A DNA stretch of 64,000 bases from Ramazzottius varieornatus. Lineage: Eukaryota > Animalia > Tardigrada. Below are positions 40,635 through 54,055 of the stretch, one piece after another. Each line of letters opens with the position of its first letter. Positions within the stretch are counted from its first letter, which is position 1. The notes below the pieces were generated by a model. It saw nothing but the letters and a program-made list of their open reading frames with translations. It did not search any database and had not been told where the DNA came from. The stretch spans positions 1,232,973 through 1,296,972 of the forward strand of contig BDGG01000012.1 of the NCBI GenBank assembly GCA_001949185.1, read 5' to 3'. The position numbers and the translations under genes are program-made.

Positions 40635-43600
40635 ATGTCGGGAGCAGTCCGATTGCGTCATCTGGCTACAAGCGCGGCGCGATGCTCCTTGTTGGCGAAA
40701 CATGGACAGATTCCGAAGCAGTACCTCCACCTTTTACAGCAGCAGTTCCTCGAAGCCGGACGCCGTACGGTGACCGCACAAGCAGCTGCTACTGTCAAAG
40801 ATGCTGGAGAAGCGAAGTCGCAACCATCACAGGACGCCACTGGCCGCAGCACAAGACGGAACCTAGGCTTCACTAACAACGGAAGACCACCGCTGTCTGT
40901 GCCCAGTCGTCAGCTAAAATCCAACGGGGGAGGTGCAACAAGCGGAGCAGACTTTGACCGAGCTATTGTAAAGATGGACGTCGATGTGAAACGGTCTGGA
41001 CGGGTAGCGATTGGCGACTTTTCTGCTCGACTAGAAGATATCAAGAAACTAGGTATCAAATACAACTAACAAAACGGTCATTATAACAATATCGACACGT
41101 ATTCGCATGTAGGGAAAGTATCGAGCCAGAACGCGCTTCTGATGATCCGGTGTTGCGGTACGTTACTCCCAGATTTGAACGCGAAGGATCGGAACAAGTT
41201 GACGGATGAACTATGGACGATCCTGCAGAAATCGGTGGACCGGCTGGACATTAGCCATTACAACGCGCTGCTAAAAGTCTACCTAGAGAATGAGCACCAG
41301 TTCGACCCCATCGCCTTTCTGGCTCAGTTAGAACAGAAAGGCATCGAGCCCAACCGCGTGACCTTCCAAAGACTGACAGCTTTCTACTGTCAGAAAGGAG
41401 ACATCGAAGGTGCCACGAAGATTCTGGAGTTCATGCGAGCGAAGGACTTACCTATCAACGAGTCGATATTCAACGTCCTTATCCAAGGTGGCTCTATATT
41501 CTGAACATCAAAAGAACTAGACGAACCTCCGTTGTCGCAAAATATAGCTTTAGTATGACTTTAGGCTACGCACGAAGTGGGGACATGAAGAGTGCGGAAG
41601 GTGTACTGGACATGATGACCAGTTCGCAACTGGAGCCTTCCTCCGTCACGTATCGAACTCTGCTGGAAGCGTATGGCGAGAAAGGTGACATGGAGAGTGT
41701 ACGAAGAGTGATGGAACTGGCCAAGACGAAAGGAATTCAGCTCAATGACGCAGATCTCTTTGATATCATCCTAGCCATGACGGCCAAGGGACACAAGCAG
41801 CATGCCGGTGAGCTGATAGCACAGTTGCGGCGTACTCCGGGCTTCCTTCAGGATGCCATAAACGCCTCGCTAAGAATGGTCGATGACGACGCCAGCGATG
41901 TAGCTTTCGACCTGCTGACCAGTGTAAACATCCCCAAGGAGCCGAACGACCGCGCAGGGTTTGCTGTCATGTTTCTGAAGAAGATGATCCGATATGGAGC
42001 TCCGGTGGAAGTGGTGTGGAAGTACGCCGAAGAGTTACGGACGAAACAGATGAACCCGTGGGCTTTCGAACGCGTCCTGGAGGCAGCTTTCCACGTAAGC
42101 TTTCATATGCGTTGCCCTTTCATGCTAACTACCATTTATACACCTTCAGGAACTTCTTTTCATGGTAAAGTTGAGCTGGTTCCTTCGTTTCAGTGCAATC
42201 AGGTGGAGCATGCAAAGGAATTTCTCCTGCGGATGCCTGGTGCCGGCGCCGAAGTTCGTCCGCATTATTACTGGCCGCTGTTTGCTGCCTACGGAAAACA
42301 GGGCGACATTCGCAGTGTGTTTGACCTAGTTGCCAGCATGAACGAAACAGCTGTTCCAGTGACGCTGGAGACCCTGACTGACTTTGTCCTGCCCGCTCTG
42401 AAGGGACTGTCGACTGACGAGATCGTCGATCAGTTCCGCATCCGTTTTCCCGGCATGTCCTTCGTCACTCCCATGGCGGTACACTTCCTCCAGCAAAACC
42501 AAGTTCAGGAAGCCAGCAAATTCTTGCAAAACAAAGACGACGGTGATATCAACCCACAGGTAAGAGATATGAATACTTCCACTGTTGATGAACTATTAGC
42601 GGATAATTTTTCTCAGTAACCTTATGTTTTTTGTGTTTTTAGGTTATCAGCAGGACACTGGCGGAGTGGTGGGTGGGTACCAAAGACCTGTCTCCTGGTT
42701 CAGCTTTGCTGAAGAGGCTGGCAAAGATTTCCTCCAAAGGACAGAACGATGCATTTGACGCCGTTGGTAACTTTGTGTTGCGGGTCTTGGCCGCTTCAAA
42801 GGGTGACGAAGCGGTGATGGAGCAGTGCTTGAGAGGCCTGGCCAAAGATGGCCACAAGATGAGCACCAATGCTGGCAACCTCATCGAAAGTCGGTTCGGG
42901 GGAAGGCTGCCAGAAAAGCTGGGAACCTTGCTAGACCAGGTGGTAGGTGGGAATGTCGGTGGACAAAGGTTCGATGACGAATTCGAAAAGCATCCGCGAA
43001 ATATGAGTGTCGACGAGTTGGAAGACCATCTTCAGGTACTGTTGTCCTTTCTTTTGAATGGCTTGTACGGCTCTTTTACCGGCGTTTTTATTTCTTAGGA
43101 ATTGACAAGCAAGAATATGAACACGCGCGGTGTTCTTCGGCGTCTGTTGGTCGAGCATTCTCGTCTGCGTAACGTGAAACGAGCGGAAGAGATCAAAGCC
43201 CAGCTGGACGGAGGCAACTTTGAGTATTCTGGAGCCATGTACGCCCAAATGATGGACATGTACACGGCGCAAGGCAACTTGGACAAGGCGCTGCAGTTAC
43301 AGAAGCAAGCACAGAACATCGACAAGTCTTTCGTTCCCGACGCTTACAAGTTTATGAACCTGGCAACGTTGATGATCAAGAAGGGCAAGAGAGATGAAGC
43401 TGTCCAGATGCTGGAAGACTATGCAAAGAAGTACGAACGACAGTTTGAGTTTGATGCCTTGGAACGCAATGTCTTCCGTATCTTGAATGCGGCGGCGGAA
43501 GTTGGCGATGTAGCTGGGCTGAAGAAGCTGTGGGAAACCCTGAATAATCATGGCAAAATGACACCTTCCAACTTGGTGTGTGGGCCGTTTGTGAAAGTTC

Positions 43601-45853
43601 ACATTCTTAAGAATGATACCAAAGGTGTGTATTCTGGACCCTGATAACGTGTGGAGTTAGTAAATCTAGATACTGTAATGCTTCTTTAACTTCGCGAAAT
43701 ACGTTATAATACGCGAGGAACGTCCCCCCGAGAGTTGGTAGGTTATAGTCACCGGACCGGGGTTCAAATCCACGCGTACGGTCTTGTGATTGGCGAAGTT
43801 CAAGAAGCATTACAGTGTGCTTTTCATCCAGCCTGCATACAGCGACCCATGTGTATGCACTGAGGTGCGGGCCGTGCGGCAATATGCCGGTCTATAAGAG
43901 GGTTCCTCTCATACACCTGCATACATCACTGGCAAGCTTTGTATGCAGGAATGAGTATTTCGTTCTTCGATATTTCCCCTACAGTTTGCTTAACGCTTTT
44001 TCATGCTTCTTAGGTGCGGTAGAAGCTTTCGGTGAATGTGTAGAAAAGTACAGTCAGACACCGTGGAAGGGTGAGTTGATGAAGCGGTTGATCGAGATGG
44101 AAGATACAGCCAGTCTGCAGACGGTCGTGGACCAGTCGATCAAGATCCACGGGGAATCCAACAGTCTCTACGACCTGGCTTTTGCTTTCCTCGAAGCTGG
44201 AAAAGAGAAACAAGCTCGAAAGATATTCGACACACCCGGCTTACGAGCTAGGATAGATAGATTAGAGAACTTTGCTATCAGAGCTATGGAGAATAATCGT
44301 ATCGACCTTATGCAGTCATTACTGTCCGCCACGAAGAATGTGCTTGATATCGATCGTGATATTCTGTACTACCATCTTGTAAGACTGTCCGGTAAGCTGG
44401 GTGAAGCGGACAGAGCACTGAATGTGTGGATCACCATGCAAGAAGAAAGTTTGCAGCCGTCAGTTCGGACGCTCCGCGCACTGGCAACAATCCTGAAAGA
44501 ACACAAGAGGGAAGTACCGTTTGCTGTTCCTGATGAAGTGCGGTCGCAAGAGATGTCTGCCTCACCGGAAGAACAGAAACTGTTGAACGCCATACGGGAA
44601 GACAACCCCGATGCTGCCTTGCAGTTCAAGCAAGACCTGGACTCGAAGGACCAACCTATAAGTGTCAAGGGATACTCCTATCTCATCGAACTCTTGCTCC
44701 AGGTAAAGTCAGTTTCAAGCCCAAGTTGCAGAGACGGTTGATGGATCTTTTTGTGCTCTTTCTATAGAAAGACCGTGTGAAGGAAGCCGTGAATCTCACA
44801 CAGGAAGTTCTCCAGCAAGGCAACCATCCTTTCCCAACTGTCTGCAAGTTCCTCATTACCAAACTCAGTCGAGCCGGAGACGTCGCTACTTTGGTAAGTA
44901 ATGTAAAGTACGCCGATAGACTTGATTATCCTGACAAATAATCGAGAAGACTTTGTTATGGTTGCTTTACAAATCATGTGGTCTATTGTCAGGAGCAACT
45001 GAAGCCATTGTTCTCGGAGAAGACGGCAGCGTTCCTTCAGCTGAACAAGAACATCTTCAACGCTTATGTCAACTCAAACCGCTCCGAAGAGCTTCTGGAT
45101 CGCCTGGAACAAAGTCCGCCAGAGCCTGATCAGGCTCCACTGATGGGTCTGGTTCATATGCTGCGGACCTCACCCAACCTGCTTCCCCGTGTGGAGAAAC
45201 TCGTCGAACGCTACGCACAGGTTGACGATGTACGGCCGGTAGTGTCCTTATGGATCTACCTCTTCGGTGAACGGAAGTTCGAGGAAAGTAGAAGGCTGCT
45301 GGAGAAGTATCCTGCGGCCGCACCGCGTTTGAGAGCGGTCGCTATTTGTGAGAAGGCTCATGAAACCAATGACGTTGAGCTGTTGAGGAAGTTGATCGAG
45401 ACGCTGAGGGAACACAGCAGACCGAATGTGGCGCTGGCCTACAGCTACCTCATCGGTCTTCACTGCCATAACCGTGACTACGATGCAGCTTTAAAGGTGC
45501 TGAAAGAAGCTCAGGATGAAGCGGGCATTGCGCTGCATGAAATGCGCTTGTCGGCTTTGCGTGTCCTTGAGAAAGGTCTCATACAGTCGGGCAAGGTAAG
45601 ATTGGTTCGTTTTTGACAGATCAACTGGCGCACCATTTCGGGTGTTAGAAATACTGTGTTCCGTCAGTTGATGCGACGAAATTGGCTCCGGTGTAATGAT
45701 TCGGACCCCCATGAGTTTGGTAACTTTGATTGTTCATCGGTCTGTTTGATTTCATAGCCGGTACCCTTCCAAATCCCCGAAGGACCCAGAAAGCAGACTC
45801 GGGAGCAAGAGGACCAAGAGGAAGAGGAACCGGTCAGAGAAAGACGGGCTTAG
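40635..45853 (+). CDS. LRPPRC: Mitochondrial leucine-rich PPR motif protein (LRPPRC / bicoid stability factor)
   Basis: LMIRCCGTLLP, DISHYNALLKVYLENEH, IEPNRVTFQRL, RPHYYWPL, TPGLRAR and multiple PPR repeats. Confidence 0.93.
43695..43962 (+). ncRNA. Candidate structured intronic RNA in the ~390-nt LRPPRC intron
   Basis: Nested stems 43695-702/43955-962, 43715-721/43902-908 and 43775-783/43870-878 (G-U on plus), twin tgcataca/tgtatgca hairpins, and B-box-like ggttcaaatcc. Confidence 0.45.
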
Positions 45854-46202
45854 TGACAAGTTAGTGCCACTGTTTTGTTCGAGGTTCCTCATTTCTTATG
45901 ATCGTTTGCTACCAAATAGTGCTTGGACCTTGAGTGTTTACGGGCCGTCGACCCAGTGTGAGTGTCTGTTATTTATGAGGAACGGCTTGGTCCCGTTCTT
46001 TTTAGGTTTTATAGGCTGGTTCATTCAACCTAGGAATACTGCAGTGACAACAACAAAAATTGCTAAATCAGCGATATGCTGAGCGGCAAGCGGGCAATGT
46101 ACAGACAGATCAAGGAAGATTTTATGGACGAAGTGCTCATTCGAGATTTTGGCAGCGCAAAATTTAATAGAGATGAACTAGCAGAATCAGGTCAGGTTCA
46201 TG

Positions 46203-48105
46203 TTATGAGCTAATCGTCAAGCGAACACTCTCGGTCGTGTTTACAGGTGGTTGGACTTTCTTCCGACAGCAACAGGTAGTTAGACCGTCCAGCCACTTGT
46301 CGACCTTTTGAACCACGATAGCCAGTTTGGAATCGGGGGGCAGTTTGCATGCAGCTTCTCGTAAGCTGATGAAGGAGACGCAAAAGACAACCAGCAGGGC
46401 TCCGATAATACTGAGGTAATGCGGGATTACTTTGAAGAGGGTAACTTGCCAGACGAAGGACCAGACAATGTCGCCCGTTCGTAGCAGCGAAATCAAGCCG
46501 GCGGACTCTAACCGTAGGGCGCGCGTTAATGCTTCTTGAGAGATTAGGGTTAAGAGGCCCACGCCGAGCAGGTAGCTTATTTCCCATGGATCGGTAGGGA
46601 AGACGAAGTGGTCCAACACAGCGGTAGCGACTAGCGAGATCAACAACCCGATGAATGCGGTGTAGAAAAGAACGATGGTCGAATCCACATCTTTCATCTG
46701 ACGAACTGTAAAAAAACAACAGGTACGATATTGGCAAGAATATTTGGAACGTGGAAAAATGAACATGATCGTTATCCGAAGTGGCGCACACTCTTAGTAT
46801 CATTGGCTGGCGGTGTGTGCAACTTGGTAAAACGATTAGGCTTAAGTCCTTTGCCGACGGCAACGTCCTTTTTTTGGATATTCGGTTTGATCCACGTTGT
46901 TCTCACTAACCGGTAACGTAGACGGAAGCAGTGAACACGGAAGACGCAAGAGCTGCTACACATCCCCACATATGGTCATCCCATGCAACGTCCGGGTTGT
47001 ACGCGGCGGCTCCGAAGATGAAGGTTGGACGAGATACCAGCGCGCAGCCCGTCAGGGTGAACACGATGGCCACGCCATGGATCACGTGAAACTTTTCCTT
47101 CAAGAAAATGCGGCCCAGAATACTGGCGAAGACTGGACTACTGAATAAGATGACCGATGCGTCAGCCAAAGGTAGTCTTTTTAAGGCAAAATATTTTCCG
47201 TAGGTGGACGCGGAACCTAGCACAGCCCGTGCTATCAGGACCCATCCGCGGGTCTTCAGCAACTCTAGACGGAACGGATTTGTCTTCTTGAAGCCCAGCG
47301 TGAGAAGGAGGGGAACAAGCATCACGACGTAACGGAAGACCGCAATTTCAAATGTCCCGATCGTCTCGATCAGCTTGACCAGCAAGGCGACCAGGGAATT
47401 GGTGAAGCCCGAAGTCAAGCCGAGAAAGACTCCTAAAGGACACCAAAGGTATTAATTTAAACAAAAATTTATAATGATTAATAGCCGACTGAAAACTCTA
47501 TTCAAAACTAGTACGGTCATGCAACTGGTGACCAGTTTTCAAATTTCAGACTTGCGTAAAATGAAGAATATTTAGTTGCGCTATCACAAATCTGATAGCG
47601 TGGGACGTCGGCAAATAACTTGAACATATCGTTTTTCCCAGTGGCGCACACTATCAGCCAGTAACAATGCAAACGTGCGCCACTTGGGATAACCATCCTG
47701 TTCAGTTCATTTGCCGACCTGCCACAAGATGTGCAAAAAACACAGTGAAATACCTAGTAGAGATCGTAGGTACTGTCGGGTGGACGATCTGACTGAGCTC
47801 GCCGTTTTTTCTGTTTGCTCAATGCTACCATCTTTTGCAGGAATAGAAAAGGGTTCTTGAGGACTTTCCGGATCATCGTCGTCGTCCGGTTGCGCAAGCG
47901 GTGGAGTCTTCAGAGGGATCTTAGCTGCATCCAGATGGGCGTGGGCAGGTAGAGCCATAGGGATCTCCACCAGGTCGATCGTGTCGTCTGACGAAGCATC
48001 GAAGGAGCACAGCGCAGCTTTGGCCGAAGAGACTCGCCGAACGTTAACGCTAGGAGAATCAACAATGATGGCCACAGACGTCGGAACTCTTTCCAAACCT
48101 GGCAT
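46203..48105 (-). CDS. SLC35G1: EamA/DMT transporter, SLC35G1-like
   Basis: LIARAVLG...ALKRLPLADASVILFSSPVFASILGRIFLKE and LTRALRLESAGLISLLRTGDIVWSFVWQ. Confidence 0.85.
46760..46857. mobile_element. Palindromic MITE-like repeat, copy 4 (SLC35G1 intron)
   Basis: gaacatgatcgttatccgaagtggcgcaca...tgtgtgcaacttggtaaaacgatt...tttgccgac. Confidence 0.65.
47607..47718. mobile_element. Palindromic MITE-like repeat, copy 5, best preserved (SLC35G1 intron)
   Basis: gtcggcaaataacttgaacatatcgtttttcccagtggcgcac...gtgcgccacttgggataaccatcctgttcagttcatttgccgac. Confidence 0.8.
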
Positions 48106-49240
48106 CGTCCCAGGTCGGTATTTCACACAGCACAATTATTTTGAGAAGGCCGATAAAAACCTGAATAGTGCCGTCTTTCGATAAGCTACATCGGTAAACA
48201 AAACGGCAGAGTTCTTCTTTTATGCGCATGCGTCAACTGGGCAAAAGCGGCTGGTTGATACAAAGTACTGTTATCGCTTTCTTCGTAGAGAAAAGCTACA
48301 ACGATAACAACATTGAGTCACCTTCGTTGGCACGAGTTTTCGCTCTGCTGTCAATTGTATCACATGCATGTCTACCTTGTATTCGTCTATTCGGGCTCAT
48401 GTCTGAATCTGATCGGCATTACTGGCTTTGCTTTGATGACCTACTCGATACTTTGTGCCTGCGGTCCATGCTTCTTCAGAGAAGGGGAAAGCATGCACCC
48501 AGGCTGATTCAACCGAGGTAAAGCTAAAGCAATGTGGATAGTGGACCGAATGGTGGAAGCGGCGAAAGATGGATGTTCCCAGGACACGCCCAATATTATG
48601 GCCATAAGTGACGACAGAGGCAGACTTCGGACAACTAAACTTAGCTGGTGAAGCTGCTTTAAGCACGTTTGCTTCATGCTCGACTACTTTGGCCCGTGAA
48701 ATCTAGCGGCTTCATGGAAAAGCCTACTGACGGAAGGGCCAAGTGACGCAGTTTGCCTGATATTGTATAATTATATTTCCCGCGCAACATTCAGCATCGA
48801 ACGCGGAAGTTCGATGTCGTCCGATGGAATCGTGATAAACAGGCGTATTTGCCTGCCGGTATCACCATAAAAGGATGGCGCCAGACTAGTGGAACGGAAG
48901 CGGTAACCCGCCAAGAGATCAAAACCTGAAGACAACTGGATGCATCAACGGCAAACCCTGAAAACCTGCAACTTCTTCCGAACTGCGGGCCCCAACAATA
49001 CACCTCTAAGGTATTTCGCGTCCTTCGGAGATTTTTAAAGATGCATCATAATCCCGGATATAGCCAGGCAAGGTTCTTCTTTCCAACATGAAGTTCACCG
49101 TCTGATCCCACAGAAAAGAGCACCATTCGAGCATCGGTCAGTTTTCTTCGAAATGTGCGCATGTCCCTTTGGCATACAATGTAGAAAGTGTCTACGAAAA
49201 AGCTCAAAAGATTCACCAGAAAGACCGACTGATGTGGCTT

Positions 49241-50805
49241 TTAGTGGTGGGCGTCATTGGGTGTCGAATGAACGGTGCCTTCGGCGAAGACATGGTGATG
49301 TGGGTCGTTCGCCTTGCCTTGCGTCCCCGACCCCTCGTTGACTGGATGCAGCATCTTTCGAGCATCGCCGATAATGTGCGAGCTTCCCGCAACTAAATGC
49401 TGATTCTTTTCTAGGTCTTGACCATGCGCTGCATGATGATGGAAGGCAGCCTGCGACTGAAGATGATCGGCTGGCGTTGACTGACGGGAAGTCCTCTCCG
49501 TCTTCAGCTTCTCTTCGGTCTGGTGCACGTCCGCCGGGATATCCACGAGACTCTCAGTCTTATGAATGGCGAAATGTGGGTCCTGGCTAACTAGAGTAGC
49601 CGGTACGTGCTCGGCTTCCTTGCGAATGTCACGAACAAAATCAACGATGCTTTCTGTCTTGTGGGCTGCTTCAGGCAGCTTTACGGTCCTCGAGTGGCTC
49701 GGCAGCTGTGGTACTGCCTTTGGCAGTACTCGGTGGTGAAGGCCCGTCATATCGGATACTTGGTGAATGTTGCGAACAAGGTCGACCATACTTTCGGTTT
49801 TATGGGGATCTTGGGCAAGGTTTGGTGACCTGAGTGTGGGCAAAGTAGGTGAAGCACCGAGAGTTTGATGGATGTTGCGCACTAAGTCAACCATGCTTTC
49901 TGTCTTGTGTGGGTCTTGCTCTGAATGGTGAGAACGGTCGATCTTCCGGAGAACCTGCAATGTAATGGGGCGACGCTAAACGTTAAACTTGTGCGAAGTT
50001 AGAAAAGTGATCAAACTGGGACGGGGGCAAATGAACCGATAATCGCCTCAAGTGGCGCATTGTTCCCTGGTTTTGGCTCATGGTGTGCGCCACTGGGTAA
50101 AACGATCTGGTTCAGCTCATTTCCCCCATGTTCCCATTGGTCCAGCAAAACGAGTTCAATAAAAACAAATCATCTTCGCGATGGTGGGAGCAACAGCCAC
50201 GTTTCTGACTTACTACTAACCTGCGAGGAAGCTTTTTCAGCTGTTTGGTGAATATTCCGGACAAGATCGACCATACTTTCCGTCTTATGGGGATCGAAAT
50301 GGTCGGAGGGTCCCATAGTGCCTGCTGGAACCCGGACAAGTGGATGAGCGCCGTCGTGTACGAGATCAAGGACATCCTTAGTCTTATGCAACGGAACTTG
50401 TCCAGCTTCCGGTTCCAGTGGATCGCACGCAATGTCCGATCCAGCAACGGACTGGTTCGACTGTAGGTCGTCGTCGTATGGCACCACATCGTCACTGGAC
50501 TGATCCTGCTCTCGATCTCCGTAAACGCTACCCATCTCCTGGCGCATTTGATGAATCATATGGTCAATGTTGTCTCCTCCACCTGGAGCAGGTTCGTTTG
50601 GGTCCTTGACGTTCAATCCGGGGAAACACAGCTTAAAAGCATCTCGCTCTTCAAGATTGAGACCAGCGTGATATGAGATACGAGCTCCTAACGAAGCTCC
50701 GTGAAATGACGATTCGTCTCCATCACTATCGTCTTCGGCAGATAAACGCGGTTGGTGAAAGTTGCTGTTGGCGTTCGAATTATAATCCTTTTGTTGTTCT
50801 TCCAT
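49241..50805 (-). CDS. Orphan His-rich disordered protein with HKTES(M/I/L)VD repeats (2 exons)
   Basis: ORFs 50170-50805 and 49241-49960 share the repeated HKTESMVDLVRNIHQ motif and are separated by an intron containing a MITE copy. Confidence 0.75.
50023..50127. mobile_element. Palindromic MITE-like repeat, copy 6
   Basis: gggggcaaatgaaccgataatcgcctcaagtggcgca...tgcgccactgggtaaaacgatctggttcagctcatttccccc. Confidence 0.7.
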
Positions 50806-51126
50806 AATTCCCAGTGAGAACTACTTTACAAATGAAATTCCAATGAGTTGATGTACGTCTATCACAAACTTGGTCTACTTCCTCCTGTCGTACTTTACGT
50901 GAAATCAATGGGTTGCTAAGTGGGTCGAACGACCAAGCATAAAAATAATACTAGACCGCTGACGCCACTGCGGATGCTGTGAGTATTGTTGAATTTTTGC
51001 TGCTTCACACAAAATGGGCTGTTCTCTTACACAACCACAGTATTGAATTGTGATCCTTCTGGAAGAACAGTGTAACTACGACATCGGCCTTACGAGGAAC
51101 GTAAGAGTGACCACGAAAGCTATCAG

Positions 51127-52222
51127 TCATTGGGCAAAAAGGTCCAGCGTTCGGCTGCCAAGACCACCTGACTGCATCCTACTTTGGCGAGGTGCTTTCT
51201 TCTCCGTTCTGGCTTTCGATTCCAGGCCTAAATTGTCTTGTGGAGTCTTGGCTTTTCTGACCACGGATACGTTAGTGTCATCGGCGCTGAAGGGTGATCG
51301 GGCGAAGTAGCCGACCTCGTTTGGTGGAGGGACCGGCACCACTGCTGGTCCCGGTGACGCGCAAAGTGGCGCAGCATACCTTTGTCCACCTTTCACCAGC
51401 TGGCAAGCGCAGTAGCTCGGAAAGCGGAATACGTCTACGGAAGTCTCGACAGAGCCCACGTTCGGGTCGCTATCAATGGTCGTCAGCCGATGCTCCATTT
51501 CTTTCTGCACACAGGTGGACGAATACTCCGGAGGAACTCCAACGTAGTTACACGGAAGCGAGTACATTTCCGGTCTGCAAAAAAACAGCAAGGATTTTCC
51601 AGCACGGTGCTGGAACGAAATGGCATAAACGATGGTGTAGAAACTTACCGACACCGTTCCATGGCCACGCTCTGCGCGAACGGCCCAAAGTTGATGATAA
51701 ACTTTCGTTGTCCTCTGGTGTTCATTGCTTCTTGAGGGAATATTAGTTCTAGGTCCGAAGGACATATTTGATAGTGTGGGTCTCCACGCGGTAACACCGG
51801 ATCTACACGTTGCAACGCATAACAACATAGAAGCTTTTCGCATACAATATCCTGTGCGATATAGCAAAAACTGCCAAATTCCACCATACCGTCATCAGCC
51901 ATCTTCGAGGTCTTGTTAGGCGTCAAGCTCGTCAAGGCTTGCTTCAGCGGGGCAAAGCTTCGGTCGGATTCCAATACTTTTTGGATTTCTGGTACTCTGA
52001 AATTGTGACAAGGTCTTTGAGTTCGTTGACCATTGTACAATGTGGAAAAAAAGCGAAATAGAAAAGGTTTACTTACACTGGATAAGCAGAGGAGCGTTCG
52101 CAAAATTGTTGTCCGCAGCTCGTCGCTATGCTTTGTGCGCGAGCTGGACCGGAAGAAAGCAGTCCGATCTCCACCACCGTCACTAACCAAACCCTCAAAA
52201 CATATGCCAGTTCAGAAACCAT
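51127..52222 (-). CDS. spz: Spaetzle-family cystine-knot cytokine precursor; 3' end uncertain
   Basis: Signal-like N-terminus, prodomain motif FCERSSAYP, and cystine knot ICPSDLELIFPQEAMN...FIIN...QSVAMERC...CVQ...DVFRFPSYCAC. Confidence 0.8.
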
Positions 52223-52644
52223 TATTGCAAAGCATAGACTCTTCAGTAAAAGCCACAGATCAATCGACGTTCCGTGTTCGCTTTCTTATTAAATAGATCG
52301 TCCGTCCAGAATTGGTTCGTCATAAATCTATCTTGGGCAACGACATACGGCGCGAGTTCGTCAGCTGGGTGTAACCTTAATTAGAATGGAGTATACGTGT
52401 ATCTGTTGAACGCAGTGAACCAGGGCTCAAAAAGATCTCTCTTATTGGCGGACAGAATCAATGAACAAAGCAAGGAGAGAAGTGGGTACTCCAAAGTTAT
52501 CAAGTGGAACTGAATACGCTTAATATCTCACCAAAGTTTCGAAGTATAATTACAGAAAGGCCACACCTCTGGGAAACCATGATCCATACGGTACTTCCGC
52601 GTTCAATTCTGGCATGAAATCACAAGGTGTTGAATTGTGGTGAT

Positions 52645-53078
52645 TCAGAGACATGCGACGTCGCAAACTATGTTGGTGAGTGGATCCATGGCGGTGCGAC
52701 TCCGTTCAAGGCCGGTCACTTCCGGTTCCCCATTCTCAGCCGCCTGATAAACTTCTACATGAACGTATCTTTGGCTGTCGCCTCGGATCTGCGCGGAATA
52801 CATTTTACTCGTTCACCCAATGACCGGAATATACTGTACTTGTTCGCAAATTCCACATACCTTGAGCAACGTGTAAAGTCCTCCACCAATTTTTTCTACT
52901 TTGTACTGTACCACGACGTACTGCTGTAGTGGTCCAGTTCTTCCCTCCACCTTCTCCCGGATCTAACAGACAATCATACATGTGGTAATATCCGTGATTA
53001 CAACATCCGTCTCGATGTTTGAGAATGGCCCATTACCTTATCAGCCAGCCGTTGAACAGTCTGGGGAGTTTGACTCAT
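52645..53078 (-). CDS. Stefin (type 1 cystatin)-like protein B, 3 exons; start may lie further upstream
   Basis: MSQTPQTVQRLADK|IREKVEGRTGPLQQYVVVQYKVEKIGGGLYTLLK|IRGDSQRYVHVEVYQAAENGEPEVTGLERSRTAMDPL, assembled from GT-AG exons not in the ORF track. Confidence 0.7.
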
Positions 53079-54055
53079 TGCGACTGCAGACTCTACAGCC
53101 TCCAAAACCAGGAGATTCGGGTTCGGGTCAGACCCAAGATGCAGTAGTCTGGTACCAACAATAGTAAAATGAACACCAATTTCGATGAAGACAAATTCAG
53201 AAAGTTATCGTTGAACGAAGCTCTATTTCTTCTTAGGACACTTATTCCTGAAGTTGCTCAGAACACCATGCGGTTTCGTTGTCGCCCTCAGGTCATCCCG
53301 GGAGCCAACATCCATGGCCATTACGTAATAGTAGTATAGCGACTGCACGTGGGACTGCCTCCAAAAACCGAAACTAAATAGACTGTAACTAGATCATCCA
53401 TACGCAGAAAAATTACTCTGAATAATAAAAACATCGGATAAGAAATGTCTTCGTCGCACATGAACTCACAACAATTGGGAATGGCGCTTTCTTTTGATCA
53501 GTGAACCAAAGCATTGCCCTGTCCCATAGTTTTTACTGTCCCATAACAGCCATGATTTCTCGTCGTACGTGTACAACGCAAGGCGCAAACTGTACCAGTG
53601 ATGATCGATCAGCTTCCCCCTTCCGGGTTCCTTCTTTGTTTTAAAATATGATACAGCAGAGTAGCCCAAAAGAGCATCCACGGCGTATATACACTAGTCC
53701 TCCTCACGACATGCCGTAAAACTCCGTTGATTGTGTTGATCTTGAAAGTGGATTACGAAGTTTCGCTTTCAAGCAGCCCTCGAGTAGCTTATCTTGAAAG
53801 CGAAAACGGATTATTCTCTGCACACTATCTACAGACAGAGACTAGCCAGATAGAAAACCATGAATTTCAGCCTAGTCAGGAGGCAAAGTTTGCCTACAAA
53901 CCTACCCCGCAAAACTCGCGCATTTCCGCTCCCGCTTCCGAGACTTTCGAAAAACGCAGTTTTGCCTCACTCACGGCTAATTTCCGCTGATCAAGCAAAC
54001 TCAAATTTTAGACCAACCGTTTGCGACATAAACAGCTCGCCGTGAGGAGGACTAC

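Noticed and set aside
43725-43790. tRNA gene suggested by ggttcaaatcc
   Set aside because: No acceptor stem or anticodon arm can be formed; kept only as part of the structured intron
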